Positions 39,400 through 53,546 of a stretch of 64,000 bases of DNA are shown piece by piece. The notes below the pieces were generated by a model, which saw only the letters and a program-made list of their open reading frames with translations, searched no databases and had not been told where the DNA came from. The stretch comes from Eledone cirrhosa (Eukaryota), in contig OZ024743.1 of NCBI GenBank assembly GCA_964016885.1, positions 153,636,001 to 153,700,000 on the forward strand. The letters are read 5' to 3'. Numbering within the stretch: the stretch's first letter is position 1; each line of letters begins with the position of its first letter. The position numbers and the translations under genes are program-made.

Positions 39400-40897
39400 G
39401 AGATCAGCTAGGAACAACACACACACCATTACGAGACACTTCTCAAATGACTACTGGTTACAATTATGCGAAGGCTTCCAGTTGTCAATTAACACAGATT
39501 TTAACACTGACATTGCTCATAACAGGACAACCTGTTTAACCCATGCTAGCATGGAAGAATGGATGTAAAACGGTGATGATGATGAACATTCTTGGAATGT
39601 ATGAGGGCATCAAGAAAGTCATCAGCCCAACCCATATCAGGATAACACCACTCAAATTCAGAATAGGCGAGGTCATCAGGTGTGCACAGGGAGTTCTACG
39701 TTGAAACTACTGTGTCAGTGCTGGGAGGATGGAACAGTCCTTCAAGACATGAGAGACTGCAACATTGTCACCCTCTATCAGAATAAAGGGGACAGAAGTG
39801 ACTGCAATAGCTACTGAGGCATCTCGCTGCTAAGGATTGTTGGGAAGATCTTTGCCAGCATGGTCCTGAACAGACTATAGAAATTCATCAACAGGTTATA
39901 TCCTGGATTTCAGTGTAGTTTCAGATTAGAATGCACCACCATTCACATGATCTCCCTTCAACAGCTTTGGGAGAAGTGCTGAGAGCAAAGACAACCACTC
40001 TACATCACCTTCATCAACTTCCCTAAGGCTCACTAACTCGGTTAGTAGAGATGGCCAGTTCAAAATCCTTGTCATGATTGCGTGTTCTCCAAGCCTTCTC
40101 AGGATGCTCCAGTCATTTCTTGCTGACATGAAAGGTGTCATTCAATTCGATGGCTCTTCTTTGGAGGCATTTAACAATTTGCTAGACCCCACCCTGTTAG
40201 GCATCATTTTCGCAGACAGGCTGAAACATGCATTTGGAACATCAACTGAAGGTGTCTACCGCCACACCAGATCAGAGGGGAGGCTGATTAGTCTGTGTCA
40301 AGGCTGAAAGCAAAATTTAAGGTACTCATGAGAGAAATGCTGTTTGCAGATAACACAGCATTGGTAGTACACTCTGAAGAATAAATGCAGCACCTCATGG
40401 ACAGAATCTCAAGGGCTTGTCAAGAATTCAGCCTGACCCTTTGTCTGAAGTAAAGCAACGTATTGGGCCAAGGTGTCGAGCACCCCCAATATCATTACCA
40501 TCAACAACTACGAGCTGGAGATAGTCCAAGAATTCATCTATTTCGGCTTGACCATCAGTAACAACCTTTACCTGAACACAGCAGGAGAGTTGGACAAGCA
40601 GATTTCATATTTGTCAGGCTGATGAACAGAGCCTGGGAGAAAAGAAAATTAACTACAAACAACAAAATTGCTGTCTACAAAGGATGTGTCCTCAACACAC
40701 TACAGTATGGCAGCGAGACATGGAGCCTTTACTCCAGTCAACCGTGTGTCAATGTCTTCTTCCTTCATAGCCTGAGATGTATTTTGGATATCAAGTGGAC
40801 CGACTGTGTCTCCAACACTGAAGTACTCAACCACACCAGGATACCCAGCAAATTCCCCCTGCTCCAACAGCACCATCTGTGCTGGCTCTGTCACATA
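39400..40897 (+). mobile_element. Degenerate RTE/BovB-like LINE
   Basis: NKGDRSDCN, EKC.EQRQPLYI.F, LFADN.AL, VLNTLQYGSETWSLY motifs. Confidence 0.85.
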
Positions 40898-41256
40898 CAA
40901 AATAAAAGACATGAAAGTATTATATATAGTGGTATGAAAAGCTATATGTATTTAGAGTCAATCATTTTTCACCACTATAAACAATTCTTTAGTAATGTCT
41001 TTTATTTTTCTCAAGACATTTTCTCAGGATTTCATCATGGAAGAACTTATTCTAATCATGAATATAAACTGTTAAAAGCACCCAGTACACTGCAAATGTA
41101 GTTGGCATTAGAAACGGCATCCAGCTATAGAAACCAAGCCCAAATCACTTCTGTGTGAGCAAAACATGGTCCCCCGACCTCGATGCCTCACAGCAGTAAA
41201 CATGTATTACCAATACATTACCGTGAAAAATGGATATTAAACAAGGATGTTGATGA

Positions 41257-41294
<38 letters not shown>

Positions 41295-41299
<5 letters not shown>

Positions 41300-41996
41300 T
41301 AAGTTAAAAATGTACATCCACATATGTATACTGAAATACTAGTATGCATATGAATACACACACGTGTACATATGTAGATGTACCGAGTTTTCACTGGTCA
41401 CTTTACTGTGAGTGTCCAGCTATTCTGTATGTAAACACACAGACAAACCGGTTTTTAGAGTCATACTGGTTTTTGAGGAAACACCTTTCCTCTATTCTGC
41501 AGAAAGCCAGACAAGGAATATTGGACTAGTTTCGATGTTGTTACATCTCATCAGCAATATTTACCTATCTTCCGGCCTCTCTAGAGAATCCTGAAAGCAC
41601 ATATCGCTATATGCTTTTTCTATGAAAATTAGTAGTGGGCAGACCAATTTGCATAGAGCGTGAGTACGTACCGGTTCAACGGAGACGATAAAAACATATA
41701 ACGAAACGAAATTAAATTTCGTTTCGTTTGTAACTCACTTTTGTATGACTGACGCTTAAACAATTAAGTTAAAAATGTACATCCACATATGTATACTGAA
41801 ATACTAGTATGCATATGAATACACACACGTGTACATATGTAGATGTACCGAGTTTTCACTGGTCACTTTACTGTGAGTGTCCAGCTTTAACTGGTCACTT
41901 TACTGTGAGTGTACATTTTTAACTTAATTGTTTAAGCGTCAGTCATACAAAAGTGAGTTACAAACGAAACGAAATTTAATTTCGTTTCGTTATATG

Positions 41997-42001
<5 letters not shown>
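41295..42001 (-). mobile_element. TA-embedded non-coding HHR element with ~127-bp direct repeats and an inverted end
   Basis: 41295-41420 matches 41760-41886; 41910-42001 inverts 41689-41781; (TA)n on both sides. Confidence 0.85.
41517..41561 (-). ncRNA. Canonical minimal hammerhead ribozyme (GUC site, palindromic stem III)
   Basis: AAUAUUG CUGAUGA GAUGU aaca ACAUC GAAA CUAG UC CAAUAUU; perfect core, 7-bp stem I, 5-bp stem II. Confidence 0.92.
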
Positions 42002-42039
<38 letters not shown>

Positions 42040-42041
<2 letters not shown>

Positions 42042-44966
42042 GTATAACTGTGGTTACCCCCGATTGAACCCGGAATAACTTATATATATATAAATTGCAA
42101 CAACTGCGTCAACAGCAATAACACTAACCATGTTTGGGCTGCGCACACTAGTGGGGTGGCTGCTGCAGCCATGTGCGAGAACAGCTCGACCGTCATTAAG
42201 CAATGACACAAAAACAACTCCGTAAACAACAATAACACTAACCATGTTAAGGCTGTGCACGGTAGTGGGTGGCTAGTGTGACCATGTGTGAGAACCCCAC
42301 GACCGTCCTCAAGCAATCGCACAACAGGAAAAAGAACGGCATGTCGCATATCAGAGTTGCCACACTTAATGTTGGCACTCTAACAGGTAGATCTGGTGAG
42401 ATTGCAGAGATGCTGGAGAGAAAGCATGTGGATGTGTGCTGTGTGCAAGAGGTGCGATGGGGAGGTGCCTCTGCAAGACTAATCATAGGCAAACATCGTA
42501 GTTATAAGCTTTTCTGGGTGGGTAATGATGATACGTTAGGTGGGGTGGGTATATACAGATGGATGGTGTCAAATACTAAGGCTTACCCTGGGGAAGAATG
42601 TACCCCACAGCATAGGTTAGTCGTTAGTGACATCTCAGTAAGCGAAAAAATGAGACATACAGAAAGGTGTGTAAAAGAAAAGGTCTGGAAGCTAAAAGAC
42701 CCTTCATTAAAATATAAATTTAGAAAAGCCCTTCAAGATGCGTACAACGAAGAAGAAGACGATTTAGAGTTGTATGACATAGATGATAACTGGAATTGCG
42801 TGACAACTTACTGCAGGCTACTGAAGAGACTTGTGGCTGGGGCAGAGCTTCCACCAGACAGAGTGTGACCTGGTGGTGGAACAGCATGGTAGATAGGGCC
42901 ATTAGAGACAAAAGACTGGCATGGAAAGCTTGGAAAAAATGGTGGGTGTAGAGATGGATACACAGCCGCTAAGAGAGAAGCTAGACGTCAGGTGTACTTA
43001 GCACGCAGGGAGGCTGAGAGTAGGAGATTTACCAATGTTCTGCGACGGTTAGATCAGAGATGTGTGGTGTTCCGCATTGCAAAGCAGTGTGTCAGTTTAA
43101 CTCAGGATGTTGTTCGAGATAAGTGTGTCCGGAATGATGCCGGTGTACTTAGTGTCACGAATCATCAAAAGAAGGAGGCCTGGAAATGTCATTATGAGAG
43201 ACTGATGAATTTATAGAACGAATGGGACAGAGAGGAATTACCCTAGTAGATCCGACAGTGGGACCAGCTATTGAGATTGACAAATATAGGGTACAAGAGG
43301 CAATTAAGGAAATGAAGATTGGTAAGGCTGCTGTGCCGTGGGGATAGTTGCTGAGGTGTTGAAGGCTTCAGGAGAAGTAGGCACTAAATTAGTTGCACGC
43401 ATCATTAATCAACCTATATATAGTGGTGTCATACTCAAAGACTGGTGCCGCAGTATTCTCATAAATTGTTACAAAGTTAAAGGGGATGCTCTAGAGAGGA
43501 GCAATTATAGGGGCATAAAGCTGATGGATCAGTTTATGAAAGTGGCATAGAGAATATTAGCGCAATTGATTAGAGGAAGGGTCAATTTAGATGAGATGCA
43601 GTTTGGTTTTGTTCCTCAGAAAAGTACAATAGATGCCCTCTTCTTAGTGAGGCAACTAAAAAAATAAGCCACTATACTTAGCTTTTGTTGACCTAGAGAA
43701 GGCCTTTGATAGGGTACCCCAATCTGTCATCTGGTGGTCCCTAAGGAAACTATGGGTAGAGGAATGGCTAGTGAGGACAGTGAAAGCTATGTACAGGGGT
43801 GCAGTCAGTAAAGTGAGAATAGGAATGAAGTTTAGTGAGGAATTCCAGATCCAAGTAGGTGTACATCAAGGTTCTGTCCTCAGCCCACTCTTGTTCATTA
43901 TAGTCTTCCAAGCCATAACGGAGGAGTTTAAGACTGGATACCTATGGGAACTTTTCTATACTGATGATCTGGTTGTTATAGCAGAATCAGTAGAGGAGCT
44001 AGAGAATAAATTCTGGCTATGGAAAGAGCAGTTGGAATCAAGAGGCCTGAGAGTGAACATAACTAAAACAAAGGCGTTGATAAGTAGAAGAGAGGACAAT
44101 ACTCTGATTTCCATCAGGGAAATGGCCATGTTCGATATGTAGGAAAGGAATGGGCATAAATTCCATAAAATGTATGCAATGCAGATCTTGGGTACATAAG
44201 AGATGTAGTGGGATAGTAGGTAAACTAACAGGTAGGGAAAACTATGTATACAGTAGATGTACAGGGAAAGTTGGCGTTAGTAATCGATGTGATAGACTCA
44301 TTTTTCCAATGCAGGTGGGTTCTATAGAAGTGGTTCATAGCTTCTGGTACCTAGGTGATCAGATTAGCATGGGAGGGGGGTGTTCTGAGGCTATAGTATC
44401 TAGAATAAGGACGGGTTGGTAGAAGTTTAGGGAGCTGCTCCCTCCGTTGATAAAGAAGGGTTTCTCCCTGCGTATGAAAGGACGGTTATATGATGCCTGT
44501 GTGAGATGCGCAATGCTGCATGGTAGTGAGACATGAGCAGCAACTGCAGAATATATGTGACAGCTAGACAGAAATTAAGCAAGTACACTGCGTTGGATGT
44601 GCAATGTCAATGTGCATGAATGACCAAGCATAGATGAGTTGAGAAAGAATAAGAATAAGAAAGAATAAGAATAAGGTATAAGAGGGATAAGTCGTCATGT
44701 GCAGGAGAGAAGACTGAGATGGTATGGACATGTGATGAGCGATGGGTGAAGAAGTGCCATGAAGTCCCAGTGGTGGCAAAACGCAGTAGAGGTAGACCAC
44801 GAAAAACATGGGCGGAGGTGGTGAGAGCAGACCTCAGATCGCTGAAACTCATGGAGGAGATAAAGAAGGACCGTGACGGATGGAGAGATGCTGTGCTGAA
44901 TAGGATCCGTCTAACCCTTGCAAGTAGGGAAAAGCGGACGGAAAATGATGACGATGATGATGATGA
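42040..44966 (+). mobile_element. Near full-length RTE LINE with internal endonuclease deletion, (ATG)n tail
   Basis: Colinear with 10615-13960 (inverted); about 0.5 kb of APE is missing near 42555. Confidence 0.95.
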
Positions 44967-45279
44967 TATATATATATACACACAGACAATGATTATGTCA
45001 AAGAATGCGTTTTACAGTAGATTGGAAGCACTCAATGATAAAATAATTTTCAGGAGTTATTAATATATATATATATATCAGCATCATCATCATCATTTTA
45101 CATCCGCTTTTCCCTGCTTGCAAGGGTGAGACATGAACATATATCCATCCATAAACACACACATATTTATACACAAACACATACACCTATATATAGTTAA
45201 AAATACTGGATATATGTTTATTAAAATTTGTAGCTAAAGGTATACTATATGGCTACATACACTTAATAGATATATACAT

Positions 45280-45660
45280 GGACCGAGACCTTTGGCGGTA
45301 CTCAGTAACAGAGAAGACCCGCCTTACCTAAATATATAGTAAAACCTACTCCAGCCAGTAGGCATCTCTAACAAAATACACCCCGTCCCACCACCCCCAC
45401 CCCCACCCCATCCACACCACCCCGTTCTATGTAAAGTTATGTTGGTGCCGCGCCATCGAGGCCGAAACAAATGAGATCGTGTAGGTGTCACGACAAAAAA
45501 CACACAGTCCACGCTGTAATGTGGCCGTGTAGGCAACACGGTAAAAACCTGCCAGACAGTCCTATGCGAGCAAGACAATCACTCTTGCCTCAAGTGGGAC
45601 TACCCCCGTCCAAACCCATGCAAGCGTGGAACACGGACGTTAAACGTTGATGATGATGAT
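45280..45660 (+). mobile_element. RTE ORF end plus 3' module with (ATG)n tail
   Basis: Homologous to 2101-2520. Confidence 0.8.
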
Positions 45661-45774
45661 TTTCAAAGAGGCTGCTGGAGTGTATAAATATAGTAGTATA
45701 TAAGTCAAGTTGCACAAATATACCTAAACATATATACATCCCTGTACATGTAAAACTATATAATTTTTTCTACA

Positions 45775-45920
45775 ATTGACACGGTGCCAACAATTTGAAG
45801 GGGAGGGTAAAGTCGACCACCTAGACCCCAGACCATTACTGGTGGAGAATGTAAAGGGCCGTAACTCTATACCACAAAGCCTGTTATCCGACGCTCTACC
45901 GATACTGCTAATTCACCACT
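45775..45920 (-). mobile_element. Diverged Meta-type SINE
   Basis: CCGACGCTCTACCGATACTGCTAATTCACC is the reverse complement of the SINE head. Confidence 0.55.
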
Positions 45921-46499
45921 CTAAGTAAATAATTAAGCAACACATGGATACAGGCTTTTATTTAGATAAGTATAAATATAAAATTGTAAGCAGTGATAGA
46001 CTGAGAGCAATCTAGTTATAGAATAAATAAACACCTATGATACTATTGTATATTTTAGAGGGTCCTAATGATGTTTAATATAATTGTAACCAGATATAGA
46101 TGAACAAATGCTAAAATAAATCACATAAACAAAAAAAAAATTTATCTCAAGATAAAGAAAGATTTATAAAGGATACCATAACTTGGTATATGTAAAGTCC
46201 ATCATAAATACAGATAAGGAAAGGTATATATAGATATATAGATTAATACTCATAAAGTATATAAGTGATTATGCTCTTAAATATGGTTAGCTAGAATCAC
46301 AAGTATAAGCACACATAAATGTGTATGAAACATAATAATTATATACACATATGTAAACTGAAACTAACTAATGAAAAGATATAAATGGATCATATACATA
46401 TACAGATATGTATATGATAATCTATATACACAGATATATATATACATCACAAAAAAATTATTATTATTCTGCTCAATTGTTACACATAGAAGGGTACTG

Positions 46500-46875
46500 A
46501 AAACAGCTCGATACTTTCCCATAAAGAGGCTTCCGAAAAATTCTGAATATTAGATGGTAAGATAGGATCACAAATAGGGGTGTGATATCAAAGAACTAAT
46601 GCCAACACATCTGGGACTTGATATCAAGGGTAGAAGAATGCAGTTGGCAGGCCATGTCCTACAAATGGGGGAAATATCTCAACAAGAACTGCAATGAATG
46701 TTTACCAGCTGGTGGGAAAAGACGAAAGCTTTAGGCCAAAGAAAACCTACAGATTCATCCTAAAAGACAACTTGCACAATTGCTGCACAAACTGGCTTCA
46801 AACATCTTGATAAGGACAGAAGAAGATGGAAGAGCATAGTGGCCTATTACTTTCAGCGTGGAGGAACCAGATGTC
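46500..46875 (+). mobile_element. Degenerate LINE 3' end
   Basis: IKGRRMQLAGHVLQM and RPKKTY remnants. Confidence 0.55.
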
Positions 46876-48837
46876 CAAATATATGTATGTATGATTGTAT
46901 ATATATATATATATGTATGTATATATGCAAAAAGCAAACAGAAAAAACAAAGCAAAAGACACAGTACAATGAAGAAATATATTATTAGTTTTACACTTGA
47001 TATAGTAGGGAAAGAGTCTTAACTTGTCGGGTGCTAGTCCTTCATCAGAAAATAGAATGAGAAATTAAAGAAGAAATAAAAATATTGAGATGGGCAGGGA
47101 AGAAAAGAAAAAAAATAGAGAAAAATATCAGGTCCATTCATGTTGCCATCTCTTGGAAAACAATTGATGGCATTTTCTGTATACTATCCCTTTTTGAAAA
47201 TTGTGGTGATCAAGTGCTTCTATCTGAAATTGGAAAAAATGCAATTTTATATATAGAGCTGTACGTGAGTGCGCGCATGTGTGTGTAGAGAGAGAGATTT
47301 CAAGGTAAATATAATGGTGTGTATGCAACTTTTGTTGGTCTCTATAAGCTATATGGGTGTATGTTTCTGACCATAACGGTGCCATAGGAACATAGGGACT
47401 GAATGTACAAGCATGTGTGTGGCAATGGATGGGGTAAAGATGACAGTGGCAAGGGGTAGAGAAGTAAGCATGAGTGTAATTGTTGGTTTATTTAAATAGC
47501 TGTTGGTTTTGTGTAGCACCTGGCTGATCCAGATCAAGCAGATCTATGATTAAAAGTATTCCAATTATGATCATCCCATCTTTTATGGAAGCAACTAGGA
47601 CTATATTAGCTAATCTGTTCTTTGGATCTTATTAAAGACAGATTTAAGAAAACTTTTGCTACTATTTGAAGCAGTTAGAGCAACCATTATCAGGCTTCCT
47701 CATTGGCTTTAAGCAGCTGCAATTCTCTATAAGCAATGAGTCTATATTATAAAGAATGATGATACATAATGCTGCCACCTCCCTAACCTTTTAATTCATA
47801 TGATACAACCAATGCAGTTTCTTGGTTAGGTAGCCTTATTCCCCTTTGTAGCTTTCAATTTGGTAGATAGATCATATAGATTTTTCAGTATTTCATATAT
47901 TTTCCTTGATGCTATTTGTAACAATGCAGTTTTGCTGCAAATATGCAGATAATGGCTTTGAGGATGTTTATGGGATATTTCATTTATCATTTATACTGCT
48001 CTTTATACTATCTTCACAGAAATCTGAAGTGTATATTCATATTAGAGATGATATCTATTGTTGGCTATCATCTCAAGACTCTAAAATTTTCATTCTCTGT
48101 ATCACATTTCTCAGTTGAAGAATCAAAATATTTTTCCTTGGGTTATAATATCAAAATAGAGACAACTACATCATAGATTCAAAGAACATATTTTAAGGTT
48201 GATATTACTTTTATTATAGTTTCATTCATTGAACTATGACTATGCCGGGGCACTGTTTTGAGGATTTTAGTCTATTATATCAACTCCAGTACTTAAAGTG
48301 GCATTGATTCTTCAGAGCTCTATTTATCAAATGGATTATTTTGTCAGTTACACCCTTTTAGAGGTTTGTCATTCCTTTAATGGACTTGTATAACACAAGG
48401 TACACGGATACACACTTATATGATGATGGAATCTCCATCGATTTCCATGATGAGCATTCAGTTGTTTGATCAACAGAACATGCAACTCATGAATTAACAT
48501 ATAAATGGCTGAATATTCTACTGGCATGTATCCATAATATAGTCCCCAGCTTGCTCAAGATGCCATATGATGAGATTGAACAGGAAATATAATAATTGTC
48601 GAACAAACTTGTTAACCGTTTAGCCATGCCTGTACACACATTTGTATAGATAAATACAGACACACATACACATATGCATGCAAGCAAACATATAGCTTCA
48701 TCTATGTGATTTCAAGAACAAAACATCAGTTGCTATGAGGTAACAGCAGATGTTATTTGCCCAAAGGATCTTGCAGTAGAATCAAATCCAGAAGGATATG
48801 ATTGCAATACAAAGTTTTTAACCACATTATTATGCAT

Positions 48838-48978
48838 TGACGCATAGAGTTACGGCCCTTGCTATTCTGAGTTCAAATCCCGCCGAGGTTAACTTTGCCT
48901 TTCATCCTTACGGGGTCGATAAAATAAAGTACCAGTAATGTACTGGGTATTTGCTGGCCTTGTGACAAAGTAGAAACA
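48838..48978 (+). mobile_element. 5'-truncated Meta SINE with TSD ATTATTATGCAT
   Basis: B-box plus Meta domain; flanking duplication. Confidence 0.85.
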
Positions 48979-49233
48979 ATTATTATGCATGCATCCATGT
49001 TAGTTCACGCTCTTTCTCCATTAAAAAAATAAAAAAAGCAGGAAAATTTGTATTTAAAAAAATGATATGAATACTGAAATTGTTTATGATAGTATCCTAT
49101 TATTCTTTTACTGCTTTCAATGGCCATTCTGGAGCACTACCTCCAGTACATATTTTTTCATGTTTTTTACTCAATTTAGCGATCTCTTTTGTCAAGATAT
49201 TAATTTACTGATAAGACATAAACATAGACACAC

Positions 49234-49265
<32 letters not shown>

Positions 49266-50074
49266 CTTAAGCCAACATCTTGGTTGAGGGAATTTAAGTT
49301 TCACAAATTAAATATGTCAGTTTCCCTCATATAATATCCCAAATTGCAATTACTGGAATTAAGAAATAATATTGGAAGAATATTCTGTCTTCATGAGGAA
49401 ATTTTTTGGAAGTAGAGAAAATATTAAATAGATTGTATACAGGCCATATTGTTGTTGAAATATCATGAAGTGTCTAACAGCATGTGTCATTCATTACTAC
49501 ATGAATATATTTCTTTTAATTTATCAGAACAATACAACAGGCTTTTAATGACACTAGAAATAGCACCTCCAAAAAAGCCTGTTTAAATATACTCAACTAT
49601 GAAGGAATAGCAAAATATCAATTTGCATATGGAACATTAGGATGGCTCATCCTAATGAGCCCATATATATAAGCATTAAAACTCTATGTTAGCAGTTTAT
49701 TTTAGTTCCAGTATGAGGCAATGAAAGGGGTGCATAATCTTGACAATGGTCACACAGCCAGAAGTAGCTGTTGGTGCCCTCCACCCTGCTTCTGCTGGGA
49801 TTAGGTGGGTGACGATGGCCACTACCTTTAAAATTCATAGCTAAATGCTTTCAAATGTTTATTCATAAACATATATATTATGTGATATACAATCCTTACA
49901 CACGCACACATATACATATACATATATATATAAGACAGGCTTCTGCAGTTACTATCTATCACATTTCAAATATAACATTAGTGCATATGAAGCTATTGTA
50001 GAAGACACTAGCTAAATGTTTCATTTAGTAGATGAGAAGAAAACCCCTTAACCACACAACAGCCATGAAATTTA

Positions 50075-51700
50075 AAATGTATAGAAGAATAGCCAGTAAA
50101 ATTAGAATTAATAATGATTATAATGAAGAATTTAGCGTGCAGGTTGGTGTCCATCAGGGCTCTGTTCTTAGCCCTCTTCTGTTTATTATCATTCTGCAGG
50201 CAATAGCGGTGGGGTTTAAGCCAGGCTGCCCATGGGAACTTCTCTATGCTGATGACCTAACACTTATAGCCGAATCTATAGCTGAACTAGATATGAAATT
50301 CCAAACCTTGAAGCAAGGCCTAGAATCTAAAGGTCTTAAAGTCAACCTGGCTAAGAATAAAGTCCTAGTAAGTAGAAGGGATAACAGGGCCCAGATCTCC
50401 TCAGAGAAATGGCTCTGCTCAGTGTGCAGAAAAGGAGTAGGTAGAAATTCCATTGTTTGTACCAAATGCAAGCAATGTGTACATAAGAGATATATTGGGA
50501 TCTCAGACAGGTTAACAAAGAATGTAGGTATTAATTATGGCAGGTGCACAGGGGCAGTAGGTAGCAAGAACCCTCAGGATAGGAACACCTTCAAATGCTC
50601 AGAGGGCTCTGTTGTTTCCATTACCTGCGTGACCAAATCGGTAGTGGGGGAGGGTGTTTTTAAAGCACAGTAACCAGAATGAGATTGGGTTGGAGAAATT
50701 TCAAGGAGCTACTAACATTACTAACTACAAAAGCTTTTCCCCTCAAAATGAAAGGCAGACTGTATGATGCATGTATACAAACAACAATGTTGCACAGCAG
50801 TGAGACCTGGGCACTGTGTGCTGAGGACCTGCAAAGATTGGAAAGAAATGTAGCCTCCATGCTTTACTGGATGTGCAATCGCAATAAATGTGAATGTAAA
50901 ATTATGAATATACTGTGTGAGAAATTAGACTTAAGAGGGATCAGTTATTGCATGCAGAAGAGGAGATTGCGCATGAAGGATGATGCGCATGAAGGATGAT
51001 GCGCATGAAGGTGATGTGCATGAAAGATGACAGCTGTATAATAAGATGCGGAGTGTTCAAAGTCGATGGTAGCCGTGGTGTGGACAGGCCTAGGAAGACT
51101 TGAGATGAGGTAATAAAAGCTGACCTTGCACAATTACACCTCTCAATAGCAATGACACAGGACCACGACCTCTGGTGCTATGCAGTTTTATAGAAGACCC
51201 GTCGTTTATTATTCTCAGGCTGAGGCTTATACCTAGTAGGCAACACCTGCTTCAATCTTCTTTCCCCTCTCATTCACCTCCCTTAGTGGTATCAATACCT
51301 CCTCTACTACCCTGTCGATATTTTGCCCAAGATCCCCCCACCCCCAACCCTAGTCCCGAGACAAAAGTGCCCAGGCCCCACTGTAAAGTGGTCATGTTGG
51401 TGACATAACAAAAGTGCCGAGTCCATACTGTAAAGTGGTCGTGTAGGTGTCACAACAAAAAGTGTCCAGTCCACACGATAAAGTGGTCATGTAAGTGTCA
51501 CAACAAAAAGTCTGCACTGTAATGTGGTCATGTAGGTGACATGACAAAAAGCACCCAGCACACACTGTAAATGTGGTTGGCGGTAGTAAGGGCACGCAGC
51601 TGTAGAGACCAAGACAAACTCTGCCCCGGAGGAGATAAACAAGGGTCAATCCGTCCTACCCATGAATGATGGATGTTAATTGATGAGGTTGATGATATAT
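50075..51700 (+). mobile_element. 5'-truncated RTE LINE with 3' module of 45-bp repeats
   Basis: GVHQGSVLSPLLF, WELLYADDL, C/H finger, SETWAL; repeats at 51360-51580; 16-bp tandem at 50970-51030. Confidence 0.9.
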
Positions 51701-51771
51701 TTATGTGTGTATATATATATATGAAGTGTGTATGTATATGTATGATATGTGTATGTATATTACATATATGG

Positions 51772-51802
<31 letters not shown>

Positions 51803-51854
51803 ATATTATTATCATGGTATGTGCATGTACGTTTATATATATATATATATATTA

Positions 51855-52262
51855 TGTTGGTACCACAAAACATCCACTCAACACTGTAAAGTGATCGTGT
51901 AGGTGTCACAACAAAAAGCCTCCAGCCCATACTGTAAAGTGGACGTGTAAAAGACAGCAAAATGCACCCAGCAGAGCCTGTCAATGTGGTTGGCGTTAGG
52001 AAGGGCATTCAACTGTAGAAAATCACCCCTAAAACACCCAGCCCACACTGTAAAGTGGACTTATAAAAGACACAGCAAAAAGCACCCATCACACACTGTC
52101 AATGTGGTTGACATTATTAAGGGCATCCAGCCATAGATAACCAGCCAGAAACACTCCTATATGAGCGACACATGGTCTCCCAACCCAACTTGTCTCTAAA
52201 TGGGACAAATCTGTCTAACCCATGCTAGCGTTGAAGAATAACGTTAATTAATGATGATGATG
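51855..52262 (+). mobile_element. RTE-dependent non-autonomous element (duplicated module)
   Basis: CACTGTAAAGTGG repeats, two AAGGGCAT boxes, CCCATGCTAGC...(ATG)n tail. Confidence 0.75.
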
Positions 52263-52494
52263 AAATATCATTGTATAAATGTAAACTAGCAATTTAATAA
52301 TGAAGTCCCCTGTTTATTGAATTTATTTTTCTGCAGATTTATTAAATAAGTTTTTAGGGTTAGTCCAACTGAAATTACTTTATTTTTGTTGTTGTGTATT
52401 AAAACTACTCTAGCCTTTGAAATATCAATAAAATCTATCCATTTCGTTGAGGTTAAAAAAGTAGATTGATATAAAATGGCAGAAAATAAAGGGG

Positions 52495-53546
52495 GAGATT
52501 GTCAAGTCCAAACTAGCTGATGAATAGTAGAGTTTTTGTCCCGGACGCAGCACAGCCGATCAAATATTCACACCGCCGCAGGTCCTCCAGAAATCATGAG
52601 AGTATTGCCAAGAGGTATATTCTTGTTTTGTAGACTGCAAAAAGCTATATGACTGTGTTCCTCAGGACCTGCTGGTCAGTTCTGGATTGGAGTGGTACCA
52701 TGACTGGCAAGTATAATCAATTGGCAAAATTTGTAGATGACAAGGTGTTACTGAACTCGACAGAAGGTGATCTCCAACTTGCACTTGATAGGTTTGACGC
52801 CTAGTGCTGCAAGGCTGGAATGAAAATCAGTGCTGTGAAAACTGAGACACTCATCTGTCAAGGAACCCTGCACAGTGCATTCTACATGTGAATGGAGTTC
52901 CACTGAAGCAGGTGGAGAAGTTCAAGTATGTCTGTGTTCACAGGTGATGGAAGGCAGGAAGCTGAATTAAGTGCAAGAATTGCAGGAACTGGTGCAATAA
53001 TGCACCAGGTTCGGCATTTGGTGATCAGAAAAAGGGAGGTAGGTGTAAAGCCAAACTCACTATATTCAATTCGGTATTCCTGCCAATCCTTACCTATGGT
53101 CAAGGATAATGACCAAAAGAATACAATCGTGAATACAAGCGGATGAAATGGGGTTCCTCTGAAGTGTCTTTGGAATAACATTACTCAATAAAATGCATAG
53201 CTCAGAGATCAGAGGGTCACTTCAGATAAAGTTACTACTTTTCCAAATTGATAGATCACTGCTCCAATACCAGAAGCATGTGGTTACAATGTCACCAGAA
53301 AGAATTGCTGGACAGATTTTATGGGCAAAACCAACCAGGAGACCCAGTGGTAGACCCCGAACAATATGGCTGGATAACATCCAAAAGCTTGCCTGATCTC
53401 ACTTCAGGATCCAGCTGGATCAGTTGGAGACAGTTGCTCCTGACTAGGAACTCCTGGAAAATGTGTTTGAGGGCTCTACCCCCATGACCCTCTCAGGAAC
53501 AAGTGGGCAAAGAAGAAGAAGAAGAAGAAGAAGAAGAAGAAGAAGA
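52495..53546 (+). mobile_element. Degenerate RTE LINE (second family) with (GAA)n tail
   Basis: Homologous to 20805-22025; GRPRTIWLD. Confidence 0.85.

Noticed and set aside
51360-51580. Regularly spaced ~45-bp repeats resembling a CRISPR array
   Set aside because: Whole units are similar with no unique spacers, there are no cas genes, the context is eukaryotic, and they belong to the RTE-derived module.
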